A stretch of 64,000 nucleotides of DNA from Phoronis australis (Eukaryota; Animalia; Phoronida). Shown one piece after another: positions 1 to 13,885 of this stretch; the stretch's first letter is position 1, and each line of letters starts with the position of its first letter. The translations under genes and the position numbers were made by a program. Where the stretch lies: the NCBI GenBank assembly GCA_002633005.1, contig NMRA01000321.1, positions 49,311 to 113,310 of the forward strand, in the 5' to 3' direction. The notes below the pieces were generated by a model, which had not been told where the DNA came from, ran no database searches, and saw nothing but the letters and a program-made list of their open reading frames with translations.

Positions 1-94
1 CGCTGCTGTACTAGTGGTGATTGAATTGCGCATGCGTCGCTGTCTGCATGTAAACAGATGGTAAAAAGACGGAATTGCTGTCAAAATACGTCGT

Positions 95-1010
95 CGCGCT
101 AAGCCTTATTATTGTTATTTTCCCTCGTGCAAGTCTTCGACAAGTGGTCACAAATTCCCAAAAGACCTAAGGGTACTACATTCGTGGAGAATAGCGATCG
201 AAAGGGTCAACCAACTGACAGAAAATGTGTGGATAAGGAAGCCCCGTCAGTGTGTGCTCCATGCATCTCCATTGGGAGACTACATATAACATTACTTGGT
301 AAGTTTTAACAACCAGTTTCTATCGACATCATTCGGTGATGTTATCCCCACCAGTTACCTCACTGAATAACGGGTGGTTTATTGAGTAGAACTAAAAGTT
401 TCTTTTCGGAAACTCACCCGGGACTCGGATGCCGGGTGGGATAGCCGCACATATTCACATATTCAATTGCCCTGGGTGGGAGTGCGCCCAACATAAGAGG
501 TGTATGGTAGGTGACGCTCAAAAGTAAAGGGTGACTTTTTCACAGCAGCTTGTCTTAAAAAACTATGCTATGTCCAATAAAATTCTGTAGATTATAGCCT
601 ACCCCACCCCCAGGGCTACCAGATTTACGTACCCAATTAACAAGAATGAACATGAATAAGCTATTCAGTAAATATCGTAACATTACATTGGAATAAAAAT
701 TGACACCTAGAATGAGTTTTACTTTTCGAGATCAGAAGCACATTTTAGGTGTCATGAAAAATACACATTGTTAAATAACTTTTAGCCTGTTTCACATATT
801 TTAATTCAGATCTTAAATAAGACTTGGGTACAAAGAATATTAGTTTCTACATAAAAACATGAAGATGAAACATCAAGTATATTCTGCCTTACCAAAGTAG
901 GTTTGTCTTGCATTTTCTTTTATAATTTGCTAATATTTCTATGACTATTTTGTTACAGGTAAGAGAAAACGACTGAAACCAGCCGCCTGACCATCTGTTT
1001 TACCGTTTGA
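95..1010 (+). pseudogene. THAP zinc-finger N-terminus of a transposase (2 exons, decayed)
   Basis: Reads YC-YFPSC...HKFPKD...W.IAI.R...W...SVC...DY..TLLG with frameshifts, then GT..AG intron 299-958, then GKRKRLKPAA*PSVLPF (the THAP AVPT-like motif, with a stop). Confidence 0.7.
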
Positions 1011-1734
1011 CCAAGTGAAAAGCAATCCTTCAGAATTAACTTGACAGAATTGAACCTAATTCAAAAATTCTGCTATTGATATGCCTGATTATGGACAATG
1101 TTGTTTCTTTGTTTGTATTTGGTTGTTCAGTTTTCCATTTTGTTTTTAAATACACCGATAATTTTTATTCTCGAATCTTGTGCATAGCAGATTCTCATCC
1201 AGCTAGCTACAAATGAAAACATACTTTTCTTGCATGTGGAACTTTTGTTCATAGGCAAGTTAACACAAAACTTACAATTGGTCAAAGGCCTTCTTAAGAA
1301 AGCTCTAAATATAATTACACACACACACACAAACAAATAAAATGAAGGGAATACTTCCTTTTGATTCCTGCACATTTCTATAGGTCAACAGGAAAATATT
1401 TCGTAAACATATTCGGTAATCATTTCAGCTTCATAAAGAATAAGCACAACTGCACTATGGGGCTTTAAAACTGAAGAAATATTGTGGTTTCAATAATTAG
1501 TGACAAACTTGCCTGTTGATGAAAAAATTATTCCATCGTCAAAGTGTAACATTAACAGGCTTTCTACTGACAATAAGACAATCGATGCAATCACTGAATG
1601 TCATTTCCCCATAATGTGTGCCAAATTGAAAAGTTTTTACCATTTGTAAAAAGCCTTTCTTCTGAAAGGAAAAGTTAATGCCACTCAGTGAGAAAGAATA
1701 GGTATTTATCCCAGATGCTTGTGGTTTTCATTTC

Positions 1735-3772
1735 ACTGGGATCTAGTTTCAATGGCCTATAGAAGCGCTTGTAAAAAAGGCCCAGTTTCGGCACGTGGTT
1801 TTCGTTCGTGTAACCCCATTCAGCCTCAATAACATCCACAATTAGATCCTTGAAGGTACACAGAGCAACATATCACTTGACTTGTTTTGTGCCCAAAATC
1901 TGACCCTGAACTAGACCAGAGTGTCACTAGGTCTTTTTTAGCTTCAGTTCCTCACGTTTCTTCCAGGAAAGGAAATAAGCTATTGTCCACACATGACTCA
2001 TTGCCTATGAAAGGGCATCCTCACCAATGAGACTGACTTGTGTAGCTGTCGGATATAGTTTCTCTTCATACACAAACAATCCACTGGCACATTATTTTAT
2101 GGTAACTTAGTACTGCGATTCACATTTCTCCAGGGCCAATGACTTGTACATTGTGCCATGCAGCACTGCTGGTGTGTGGAAATGCTGAGGGAAGAGAAAG
2201 GATTAACAAAGCTTGTCTGTGTTGCGGCTTGAAGTGGTCTTAAAATGTCAATGAACCTGGAAAAAATATTGAAATATGAATAATCAAGTACTCCAGGTTG
2301 GGTCAAAAATGCTACACCTGTTTTCCAAAAATATGATATGGTGACTGCTCTACGATTTCACAAAAAATAAATAATTACTGTTTTCGAAAAAGCAAGGGTG
2401 TACATAATAAGTATTGTATAAAACTGCGTCTTTATCTTTCATACGTAGACATAAGAATTCTTTAAACGCATGCCATGTCTTCAAAATAGGCAAGTTTTTT
2501 GAGACAACTTCAAACCTTTGTTACCCATTTTCAATGTTTATATTTTTGATACTTTCAGCAATTTTAAACTCCGATTACAGATTCATCGGTCTGTCAAGCA
2601 TATTTCTAGTCTAAGGCTGAGGGAACGGTTTCTCAGACTTTTTATTTTTCTCCTAATAGAAGATATGAATAGTTGGGTCATTTAAAAAATGATGGATAAT
2701 CTTTCTGTTGTTTAAGAGTAATTACAAATCGTAAGGCACCATCAAAAATGCAATTTTCACAAAAAATGGAAGTCATTTGAATTTATAAATGACTTGCACC
2801 ATTTCGAGGCATGAGTTAAGACTCAGTCACTGAAAATTCAGAAAATGTAATATATTTTTATGAGTTTACAATTGATAGCAAAACTGTTTCATGAAATAAA
2901 CTCGAAGGAGCTTCACGAAGGTTAAGCATTACCTCGCCATGCTCTTTCCCTCAAACGTGTATTACCTGTTATTTCCACAGAGTCAGTTGCACCAAATTTT
3001 ACAACCTTAACCCCCTATGCCAATCCCCCCTGAGGACCAGAATAAGTAAATTAACAAAATGACTTACATACCTTTCTTTAAAAAATAGCTGTTCCTTTTC
3101 AAAGGCTTTGTTCGTTGTCTCCAATATAGAAAGTAGGCTTTGACAACAAATCTGCACTGGACGGGAGATCTTGCTGGTTAACTACACTCAAATGCTTAAA
3201 ACCAATTTTTGTCCATTCAGGATGGCGCAGAAGCGATGCATATCTCCTCTTTACGGTACAACTTGAGATCTCAAACCTAAAAATCAAAGGTCACGTGAAA
3301 ACAGACATGATATATTTCCATTTTAACTTGTAATAGATTTCCGGAAGACATAGGATAGGGAGTAAACTAATTATAATAGTCTATGGATATTTGTCACTTA
3401 CCCTTCGCCACTTAACTCACTAACCAGAGTTGACAGCATAAACATTCAGCATTGATTGATGTAACTGTCACTGATAAACCTGTTGTTAGAAATCATTCCA
3501 AACAATAATACTGTTTTGATGCACGAAAAGATCCCGAGTGCTACGTCAAGTATCGTAACACAAATCACAACAAACAAAGATTAACCTGACTGGCGACTGC
3601 CGCGAAGTCGACATCGGCGAGTGCCTCAGTAAACAGGCATCAGTAGAATAAACATAGAATAATCGTTAAAATAACCACAAACCTTACCTTTGTATTAGGG
3701 TGTGCTTACTTCCTCTCATAGAAGCTTCCTTTTCACGCAATCTCTGATTTAGTTGACACAGCTGCAAGCCAT
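1735..3772 (-). pseudogene. SAP-domain + YqaJ (lambda exonuclease-like) accessory gene of ISL2EU, spliced and decayed
   Basis: Exon 3688-~3772 reads LQLCQLNQRLREKEASMRGSKHTLIQR (SAP-like) with a GTAAGG donor. Exon 3072-3276 has AG/GT ends. The segment ~1735-2276 reads FHTPAVLHG...SGLFV...LIGED...LKLKKT...VQGQILGT...TFKD...PKL..FYKRFYRP (YqaJ motifs), with several stops. Confidence 0.72.
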
Positions 3773-5938
3773 TTCACCATGTATTTCAAGGACTCGCGAA
3801 ATCGAGGCTCTTCATCTATCACCACTAGTACACGCGCGCCCTCTGGTTAATGTGAATTTTCCGAATAGCCCCATTCGCGTTCAACATCATTTAAAATATC
3901 GAGAATAAAAAGGTGAAAGCTGACAGCCTTGTCTTACTCTCCACAAACAATCAAAATAGTCCGTGATTTCACCATTTTGGTCTACCTGGACACACGACTT
4001 CACGTTGTGTACGATAATACATTTCAATTCACACAATATTTTATACAAGTGCATGTTTAGCTGCTAAATAAACGGGAAATGAATTCGGCCACTTAAGCTC
4101 ATAAAATCGGTCTCTGTTTCAATTTAGTACTGAAAAGAACAATGAAAATATCGTTGGCTCCCGCAAACAACTTCAAATGTCAATGGGGTTCGCCAATTTA
4201 CAAAACGTCACTCACAGCAACGTTTGGAACTGTTCATTGGGTGAAAGGGTGTTACCCTTGTTAGCTATCAGAACAAAAATTGATAACTTTGTACTATCTA
4301 AAAGTGTTCTTTTGAATTCGAAACTCTGGCTTAATTTTTTCGAATTTCTGGAAGTGTATACAGTACATGCTTCGAAAGTTTTTTCGAATTGAGAGCTCCC
4401 TGGTAAAACGTCCCTGTAAAATGTCACCTGCGTAGAATTCAGTAACGCTAGGACCTCAGTAAAAAAGCAAGACTTCGCGAGATTACGCAAGATATTACCG
4501 TGTATTTTGAGTGAGAACACGTGATTTTGGTTAGACCTATCAACCCACGAGACAGCAATTGATCTCTACCTTGCATTTTTTATGAAGTGGCTGCACTGAA
4601 ACACCGTGTGACAAGCTCAATGTATATCACTAACAAGCAGTTACACATACGTGACTTGTTGTCAAAAGTAATAAAGAAAAGAATACAATTAACTCCCCAA
4701 GTGTGCAAAGGTTTTAACAGTCAGATTAGTCCCTGAATTGTCCAAGTGTTGGCAGATCTAAACTAAATAAACGGGATAACCATTCAGGTCATTGAATAAT
4801 GTATAAGACGCCAAGGCTGTTACGGTATTGCAGAATCCCAAATGAACTTAAAAACGCTATTTCTGACAGAATAGTGTTAGTATTCCAGTTTTGAATACCG
4901 CCAAGTAGCGACACTTCGTGGAAACGTTCAGCTATCAACAATTTAACTTTGTGATTGATATCCATGGAGTTATAAATTCTTGCCGTCATCACGCCGTCCT
5001 ATTACCTCTACATTGGTGCAGTGTGATATTTAAAGTCGAACTTCTCGTGATATTTTCTCAAACTTGAGACATTGTATTTTTGTAAACTCTTGTGGTTCAA
5101 CAGAATTAAATATTAGGTCAAGAGAACGTCGCTCTTTATCCCACAATGCTAAAGAATAGTATTCGAATGTTCCTTAAGGTTATCTAGAACCTTATTTAGT
5201 GGCCTCCATTCTAACTCGTATATCAAAAAAACTAAGCTTTGTCAACTAGTAAAGGTATACATTTTCTGAAAGAACAAAGAGCAGGAAATATCAATATACT
5301 TTTTGTATTCATGTGCCATTATTATTTTTACGTAAAGACCTTTTTAAGTCAAAATTTCATTTTAAGAAAGGTATATTCATAGCAAAATAACCCCTCAGTC
5401 GATTTTGATGAAACCTTTTTAAATGAAAACTTCACCAGTTACCTCAAGAACGCTGATAGGAATTTTCGATTAGTCTGTTCGTTTGGTTTCTATGGCAAAT
5501 CAACTCGCAAAATGTAAGTTTTTTTTGTAAAAAATTGAAGTCGTATTCGTCTTTGTTACATTACTCAAAAACTAGGCCTTTATATCAAAAATCCTAACAG
5601 CGTTTTTGAGATTGATGACTAAATATTAAGCTTGGAAAGTTTCAGCAAAATCCATATAGCTGTTTTTGAGAACTAGTGTTGCTAAGTTCAAATAAAGTCG
5701 ATTTGCCGAAGCCGAGAAAAAGTCGATTAAACTGGGACAATTGAAAATCTCAAAGTCTTCGGTTAATTATTCGGTGAAAACTTGTTTTCGGTACACATAA
5801 CCTATACAGACCTTAACTATGTTAGCTATTTCAACGTTCACTCGTAATGTCAACTTATTTTGCAGCGCGTATCTAACTTAATTATCATTAAAACCTCAAA
5901 TAGACGTATTGTTCTCAGCCAACTTTTACTGTTGTTTA

Positions 5939-6271
5939 AGCCTTGGTCACAACCCGCCGTACGTGCAAGTGCGTGCTGTCTACGTGTAAAAACGTGGGGG
6001 AAATTTGGCGATCCGTACGTGGCAAGTACGGCCTCCGTGCGTTTTGGTGAATACGCAGGAGAACGCAGACACGACGTAGCACTTTTAGTGCATGCAGAAC
6101 TTTCTCTGCGTGCAAGCTGCGTTCGCATTACAGATTCACGGCAGTACGTGTGACGTACGTCCTCCCTGCGCTTGCCACTCCCTACTCACGTTTTCAGAAA
6201 AACGTGGTGCCCGTGGCGTCCGCAGAAAACGTACGAACAATAAACACGCACGGCGGGTTGTGACCATAGCT
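5939..6271. mobile_element. PIF/Harbinger-type MITE
   Basis: TIRs of ~27 bp, AGCCTTGGTCACAACCCGCCGTACGTG / CACGCACGGCGGGTTGTGACCATAGCT; TTA TSD at 5936-5938 and 6272-6274. Confidence 0.85.
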
Positions 6272-9231
6272 TTACGCCCTACTTTCTAAGTAGGTCACAG
6301 TTCATAGCCTGCACACGTCACGTGCTGGGAGACTGATACGAAACCAAGTAAGAAATGGGATTACAAAAATCGAATCGGTGGTTAAAGTATGTCGTATAGC
6401 ATGAGGTCGAAACATCGAAATGTCAACTTATTAATTGAATTAAGGAATTAGGGTGAGGATTTATTTCTTTTCACAACTTTCTGTGTTCGTAACCACAGAG
6501 GCCTGAGACGACTCGTAGCATTTGTTTTCATCGCCGACGGTCGTATGCACGTAGACGCACAACTCCCTTAGGATCAAAACTACGTTTTGTCTTCGTTTTC
6601 CCCGGCACCATTCTATCACAAGTTCACCTCGTTGGCTCAATGTTATGGCGACTTTGTGAATGAAAGGACAGAGGGTATACGAAGCTGTTCTGTACCTGGC
6701 GGGAGATTCGATTTAATTGAAAGCCCTTTAACCTTTGACCTTGGATTAGTAGTAAACAAATATCCACGCGGTTGTGGTGGTTTTGCCAAATCTTTTTTCT
6801 CGCTACGCGGTATATATTTTGTATTTGAAGTTCCCCGAGAATGAAGATAAGGTATTTTGTTAGACACAAGTGAAATATTGTAAAAATGGCCAATTTTTGT
6901 GAATAAGGTTGTCGTCCACGAAATGTGGACTCAACCGATTTGTCAACTCTTTGAAGTACGTCAAGCAGTTGATCACGGGACAGTACCCACAGATATCCGT
7001 TAAACATTTGAAAAAGGAATTCCGTGATCATATATTTCTGGCGGAGCTGAAGTCAGAGATTCCTTTCTATAATTCAACATTGGTTAAAAAGGCGAGATTA
7101 AATCTCGTTTCTTTTCTTCTGATTAGAATGGGAAAAAACTCTTTTTAATTTGATCTAGCTGATGCTGATTAATTTGTTATAGAAACACCAACTTCCAACA
7201 AAACCAGTGGAAATAAGCTTTTAACGAACGCCCTGCTTGATTACTATTTGTGTTAACTCATTTATTTGCAGCGGTGATTCACAATATTGTCACTGGGTGC
7301 AAATTCATTCTTTTCACCAGAGGAAAAGGAAAATTCAAAACCGAAATACAATTAATTTACGAATTTGATCTCTGTAGTTCGCAAACCAATCGTCTTGATC
7401 CTCTATAAGATAAAAATTCGGGATTAATTTCCAAAGAAGAAACTGAAATCTTATAATCAGTATTGGTAATCCTGAAAAAGATAAACATCGGATAGGTCGT
7501 TGGTGATCGAGTTCTGTGAATCGACTTTTAAAGAGAGCATATAGTTCGTAGAAATTATATTGAGAGTCCTGAGTGTGCCTTGCAAGAGTTCATGATAACT
7601 TATCATCATGTTTGAGTGTACAGTTTATTTCTACAAGAGAGGTTAGGGGGCACAAAATGACAGTCAAAGTTTGTCAATCTTTTCACTACTTTAAGTGGCT
7701 ATAAACCCGCCGTGTTTGATTCAAGAAGCAAACTTTTGATTGGGACCACTCACAGCTTGACAAAACTGATCTCAGCTTCTTCCTTATCCAAGTGGGAAGT
7801 CATTCCTGGGTTTACAAAGAACTAACAGTTCGTAACTGGCCTTAAATCCAAGCTCGGCGCATAAATGTCGCACATTGAGAACCCAATGTGCATTACCTAG
7901 TCTCAAGCACTAGCGAACTGTCACTTCTTTGGAAGCTGAAATTCTCTCAAATTAAACACGCGAACAATTTCATAAAAGTAAGAGGTCTAAACCAATATTT
8001 TGTTGAGTGATGGAAGGAGCATTTGTAACTGCTTTAACGACATGAAAAACAATGACCAAGGTTTTGAAAAATCTCTATTGGGAGACGTTTGTTTAAAATG
8101 TCAGGAATGGTCACGTTGGGGTTTGATTTTCCACGGTGTGTATCCAAGGGGCATGCAGTCAATGAATCAGTTCGATGGACAACGTGAAGACGGAGACGTT
8201 ATAGTTACGCTATAATACATGTGGTCTTATTCGGAGCACCTCAGATATCTTCATTGCCTCAAATTTTCCCCGGAAATAACCTTCCTCTTCACGTGTGAGG
8301 GCTTAAGGAAAGTCATGTGACTTTCACACTCGAGCATGAACGTATGACTGAAGTACGAACATGCGCAGATACCGCTAACATTCGACTGAAATTTGAAGCT
8401 ACGAAACGACCCGAGGTGTTCCGGACGATGTAGTCTATCGTCTGATGACATCTGCTACCACCAGTTCGCCGTTGTATAAGGTACCTAGACAAAAAGAAAT
8501 TATGCGTCACAACAGAAGAGCATGGACGGATACCTGTGACTTCATGAAATACATGTACATGGTAGCTGGTTTCCAATCAGTAAATTTATCCTTTGTCGGC
8601 TAGAGGGCGCAAAACAATTTAAGTGGAATTCCTTATCTCTGTGATTGCTTGGACAAATTAGTTAGAAACACAACATATAGTGACGATGTGAATATGAAGA
8701 AGGTTGAAAATTGCCATGTTTTTAAGAACGAGTTTTGTATCGAAAATGATCCGCCGTAAATCACTCAACCTTGTCCAGCAAGTATCGTGTTATGGTGTTG
8801 GGGAATAACACTGCATGATGCAGACTGTGTGAGACCTCACGTCAAAGGTTACCTATTTGGAGAATTTTTGGTTTCAAATTTACAAAGTTTTAGTGAATAC
8901 AACTGCACTTTGTTAAGCATAGATGATGTTCAAATTGCACTGTCTTTTACTTCCTGCTATACTTGAGCATCGTTAGGAGCATGATTCATTCCCGTTCGTT
9001 GTCAGGCGACAGTGCTTTGTAGGATTTTCCGACTATTATGCTCACGGAATACGAAAAAATTAAGTCAAAGTACTACGCATTTCATACCAAAGTTCTCGTT
9101 CAGTCTTGCATAGAGCTGCCAACGAAGTGAACACATTCAATAAATTGTTTTGCAACTGTACAGGTCTTTCAAGATTAATTACTCTGCGCGTGTAAGCGCA
9201 GAGTACTGTTGTTCCTGGGTTTTCTTCAATT

Positions 9232-9270
9232 TTATTCTTATTCTTATTCTTATTCTTCTTATTCTTCTTC
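9232..9270. repeat. (TTATTC)n microsatellite
   Basis: Directly visible hexamer repeat. Confidence 0.85.
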
Positions 9271-9385
9271 CGACCAACTTTGAGGCTTAATAACTCCAAA
9301 TTGGGTGCAGGTACGGTCTTTAAATTCAGCATATGAATTTTGACAGTATATAAATTTTGATTGGTTATATAGTCATATTCCATAT

Positions 9386-10330
9386 TGCACCGGAAGAGGT
9401 CGTTTAGTGCAAAGGTCATATAATTTTCAAAATGCTACTCCTCCTTCAGTTTTTAAGCTATCTTTTTCAAATTCGGTGCACAGGTATAAGTCATCATGAC
9501 AATTTAAAAAATTACTTTTCTAAGTAATCGGGTCATCCAATCAGGTGAAATACGTCAAAGGTCATTAGGTGCAAATTAAAATTTTGAACTAGACACTTCA
9601 AATTGACAGGTCTGATTGCCAAAGGTAAATCAAATAGGAATCCAAAGTTTCAGGTTATTTAGTGCAAACATGGGATCACTAGGTGCATTTTTCTTCTGAA
9701 AATTTGACCTTTTCAATCAGCAAGTATTCTGATGTGTCAACCGTTATACAACTGTGATTCTCAGCGTTAAACACACTTTCCATGGGCTTTGCAATAATTC
9801 TCCTAAGGATGCTTAAAATGCACCGGATAGGGTCAATTAGTGCTAAGGTCTTGTAACGTTCAAAATGTTATATCTTTTAAGTTTTTCAAGAAATTCTTTT
9901 CAATTTCAGCACATTGGTGTAAGTCAACTTGCCAATTGAACAACTACGCAATAGGACTAACCAATCAGAAAAAATAGGTCAAAGGTCATTGAGTGCAAAA
10001 TTAAAATTTTGAGCTAGAGACTTCAAAATTACATATCTGTTTACTAAATGCGATTGTGTTTGAATTCTAAATTTTTGGGTCATTTGGTGCACCCATGGGG
10101 TCATTAGGTGCATTTTTCTACTGAAAGTTTAACCAATTCATTCATGTTGTATTCTTAAGTGCTTAAAGTAAAACATCTGTAATTCTTAGCATTAACCACA
10201 CTTTAAATTGGTTTTACAATTATTCCCTCATCGGGGTTCATAATGCACCGGAAGAGGTCAGTTAGTGGAAAGGTCATCAAAATATTAACATGTAATTTCT
10301 CCTCCAGTTTTAAAGAATTCCTTTTCATAT
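9386..10330. repeat. Diverged ~430-bp tandem repeat (2 units plus a partial third)
   Basis: TGCACCGGAAGAGGTC...TAGTGCAAAGGTC recurs at ~9386, ~9819 and ~10243, with internal GGTCATTAGGTGCA subrepeats. Confidence 0.7.
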
Positions 10331-12215
10331 TTGTAAACGGGTTGCTGTCAGTAACTTCCACTAATACGCACGCGCAGAGTCCGTTATTGTCACGCCGTGA
10401 CAATAATCTTTCTAGTTGTAACTTACTACTACTTTTCTTTCTTTTTGCAACCCAAGAAAACAAAAATGTACTCGAACCTCAGTAAGAAGCTGGCCGTTCA
10501 TAAATAGTTCCCGCGGACGTGGGTCAAGCACTAATTATGGGTTTAAACTTAGCTAAAGGTAGTCATGTGGACATCAGTGCGCATGCCTGAGTTTGGACGT
10601 TTCTGTGTTGCAAACATATGGTCCGGGAATGAGCCGGGGAAATATTCGAACTTACGGTGCCTAAGAAAATAAAAAGTTGTTGGATAAAAGCACATTGAAG
10701 TTTGAGTGATTTCATTTTATCTTGTAGTTCGCATTGAACGTATTATAATTAACGTATTTAAACTGTAACTTATGTGGAGGATTGTGAGTATCATTAATTT
10801 TGTTGTAATGATGTATTCGGGGTCCACTGTCTTGAAACTTCACCATTCACGCCGCAAGATTCGAACGTATTGTTAATTTAGTTACTCAAAGCGTGTCACG
10901 CAGTTGGCCAATAAAATCTGCTTGAATTTCGAGTACAGAAATTAGGTCCGGGCCCACAGCTGGGTTCAGAACAGCAAGTCGTCTTGCGAAACAGTTGAGA
11001 TGTCCCAATCCATATCAAGCGAAGCACTTGATCACACTAGCTTTGCTTGCCAGTGTCTAGCTTCCACCGACGCGCCCTGGGGATTAGGTAAATACAATAG
11101 TCACGATAATTTTGAGGACTTTACTTTCTTTCACGTGTAAAGCACTTTGTAATTTATTGCAAAACATTGTTAAAAAGACCTATAGACCTCGGGAACAAGC
11201 GTCACAGCCGGTCTTACTGTCATGATTGATTGGCGAAGTGACGGCCGCGAGATCATGCACGGAAATTGTCTCACTGCAATCTGTTTATTCAACAAATAAT
11301 ACGATTTCTATTGCCGTTACTTGAGTGTTTTTTGTTTTTCTCACCTAGCCAGCCAGCGTAATGAAAATATTATGTTTGCATTTCTTGCTATTGTTCTGGT
11401 GTTTGACAATGTAGGCACAGCTTTGTTCAACTGACACTGCAACTTGTTGCTGAGTCCGTCAGTGAATTCACAAAATTTCAACAATCAGCTACCTGTTGTA
11501 AATTGTTTGACATCCCACGTAGCTTCACACTTCTGCAGTGTGCAGTGTATTAGCGAATCTTTTTCAAGACTTAGGTTTGGTTAAACGGGTATTTTCCTTA
11601 AATTCGTTGCTTAATTCACAAATTGTGAACAAGGTTATTTCGGTCATGCAATCTTTTTCACAAATATTTTATGCGGTTTGACATTGAATGAACTTCTACC
11701 CGGAAAGGCCATCCAGGTTATCAGCGAGTACAACAAGGAAGTCCACAACTGCAGGTGATCAATGCAATGGGTCCGCAACAACAGCTTTCCCAAGTCTGCT
11801 ACAACGTGCGCCAGACTGTCTGCAATTATTTTTATAAATTCCACTACTTTTGAAAGAGCTAACCAAAACATTTGGTTAGGTTGTTTGTACATTTTGAGTT
11901 GTTCTATATCATCTGGATTTTTTGTGTATTTACTAGGCTCCCTACAATATTTTCGTGACCATCAGTGACAAAGGTCTAAAACCGAACAAGTGCTTCTTTA
12001 CAGGGACATATAAGCTCTTGGGGCTGAAACGTGCTACTTAGGGATTATTGGTGATTGAAATACATTTCTTGAAATTGTTAGGTTTGACCAGAGCTATAAA
12101 ACATCAAAAGCCTTAATTGTGTTTTTTTGCGATTTTATTACAAATCGTCAATTCTCGCAGTTGTCTTCCAGATGTTCGCTGAAACCAAGGCCTGTGTGTT
12201 TGTCACTTAAATATA

Positions 12216-12577
12216 AGGTGGCTGTGAAAGGACGGCACGGCAACTTTTTTTCTCCGTTGTTAACTCCATCGATAGACTTACTATCTTTTTCGATAGAGTT
12301 ACTAACTCACTCCATCGATAGACTTACTATATCTCTATCGATAGACTTACTAACTCAATCGATAGACTTACTATCTCTATCGATAGTAAGTCTATCGATA
12401 GAGATAGTAAGTCTATCGATAGAGATAGTAAGTCTATAGATAGAGATAGTAAGTCTATCGATTGAGTTAGTAAGTCTATCGATAGAGATAGTAAGTCTAT
12501 AGATAGAGATAGTAAGTCTATCGATTGAGTTAGCATCGGAGAAAAATAGTTGCCGTGCCGTCCTTTCACAGCCACCG
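12216..12577. mobile_element. Foldback-like MITE: TIRs plus an inverted internal 21-bp minisatellite, TA target
   Basis: 29-bp perfect TIR GGTGGCTGTGAAAGGACGGCACGGCAACT (12217-12245) / reverse complement (12548-12576). ATCGATAGACTTACTATCTCT units flip orientation at ~12381. TA flanks at 12214-15 and 12578-79. Confidence 0.85.
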
Positions 12578-13474
12578 TATAAATACGCCTAAGACATTCT
12601 GGTAATCATCGCGTGGGATTTGGTTTTGTGGTTAAGCGTTCGGCAACTGCTGATGAGCTGGTGTGTTCGATTCCCGTTACTGCTAATTTCTGTAAAATTT
12701 GTTTTCTCGCCGAGAATGCCCCTTTACGGTACCGAACGTCAACTTAATGCATCATGTAAAAGTAATGATTTCAAATAAACTGATTCATTTCCGGCAAGTC
12801 TGCAAATTTATCACTGAGACTTATTGCGCTTTCCAAAGGAACAGATGGAACAAAAATAAGAAAGAATGGCAAACAATCGCGTGAATTCATAAGCGACGAG
12901 AACAACGGCAGTCAACTCACTCCAAAGAATACAGTGAGGTTAAAGCAGTGTAGGCCATGCCAAGTCAAATCTGCTGTTTGGAGAATGATTAGAGCGGTGG
13001 CGTCTTTCCCCTTAATAAACTCATCGGAGAAAGATTGAAGGATTGTGCGTTCTGATGTCAATCACTGTACTCAGAAGAATACAAACAGTTAAATCCTAGC
13101 CATATGGTTGTTGTGGACGCACTAGAAAGGCCACATCGTTAATGTCAAGACCCTGGGGAACGGGCTGTGATGTCCGTTTCGTTGACTTCCAGAACAAATT
13201 CTGCAAAATCGATGCAAGGTTAAGTGAAAGCGAGCTTCAATTAAAAGAAATTGATTTTTTAATTTACTTGAAAACATGGCATCACGCGATAAGTTAAATG
13301 GTTAAATATGGCAACCATTTCTACGAGCAACATCCCTTACAGTTCGTTTCAGAATTCAATCTCACTTTTACGTAAGCTGCGCTTATTTCCAGAATTTGGC
13401 AAGTGCGTCGATGTATGAAAAACCTGAGATAACCAAGGAGCAAATTTTCAAAATATTTTATCAGAGTGAAAAAT

Positions 13475-13596
13475 AATTATATTAATAAAAACAACAATTA
13501 CAACAACAATACTAGTTATAATAATAACGATGACGATGATATAGTCATAATATTATTCACAGTAAACTACATAATAATAACAATAATGATGATGAT

Positions 13597-13643
<47 letters not shown>

Positions 13644-13885
13644 TGATGATGATGATGATGATGATATGAATAATAATATCAATAATAACAATAACAAAGA
13701 CAGTGTTGATGGTGCTGATGACGGTGATGTAGATAGTAACAGTAGTAATTTCGATAGCTATGTCAATGACGATGACAATGACAATGATAATGATGATAAT
13801 GATGAGGATGATGCCAATGGTGATGATGACGATGGTGACGGCGATGGGGAGGGCGATGGTGATGATGATAACACACAACAATACA
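13475..13885. repeat. Compound trinucleotide low-complexity tract (AAT/GAT/GAC/GGT)
   Basis: Directly visible. It explains the poly-D/N, poly-M/T and poly-I/V ORFs in the ORF track. Confidence 0.9.

Larger units (their letters stand above)
1..3872. mobile_element. Degenerate, internally deleted ISL2EU (PIF/Harbinger-related) DNA transposon; left end lies before the window
   Basis: Subterminal inverted repeat TGTACTAGTGGTGAT (7-21) / ATCACCACTAGTACA (3818-3832). The right end reads ...GAATAGCCCC (3872) followed by AT, the ISL2EU-type target dinucleotide. Convergent THAP (+) and SAP/YqaJ (-) pseudogenes match the known two-gene ISL2EU layout. Confidence 0.75.

Noticed and set aside
6587-11968. 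Several 60-135 aa ORFs examined as possible guanylate cyclase exon 2 or nested genes
   Set aside because: No H-NOX motifs (GYD, LDNLH, PSF) and no other recognisable domain.
12119-12575. Leucine-zipper-like ORFs (SIDLLSL)n on both strands
   Set aside because: Translation of the 21-bp minisatellite inside the foldback MITE.
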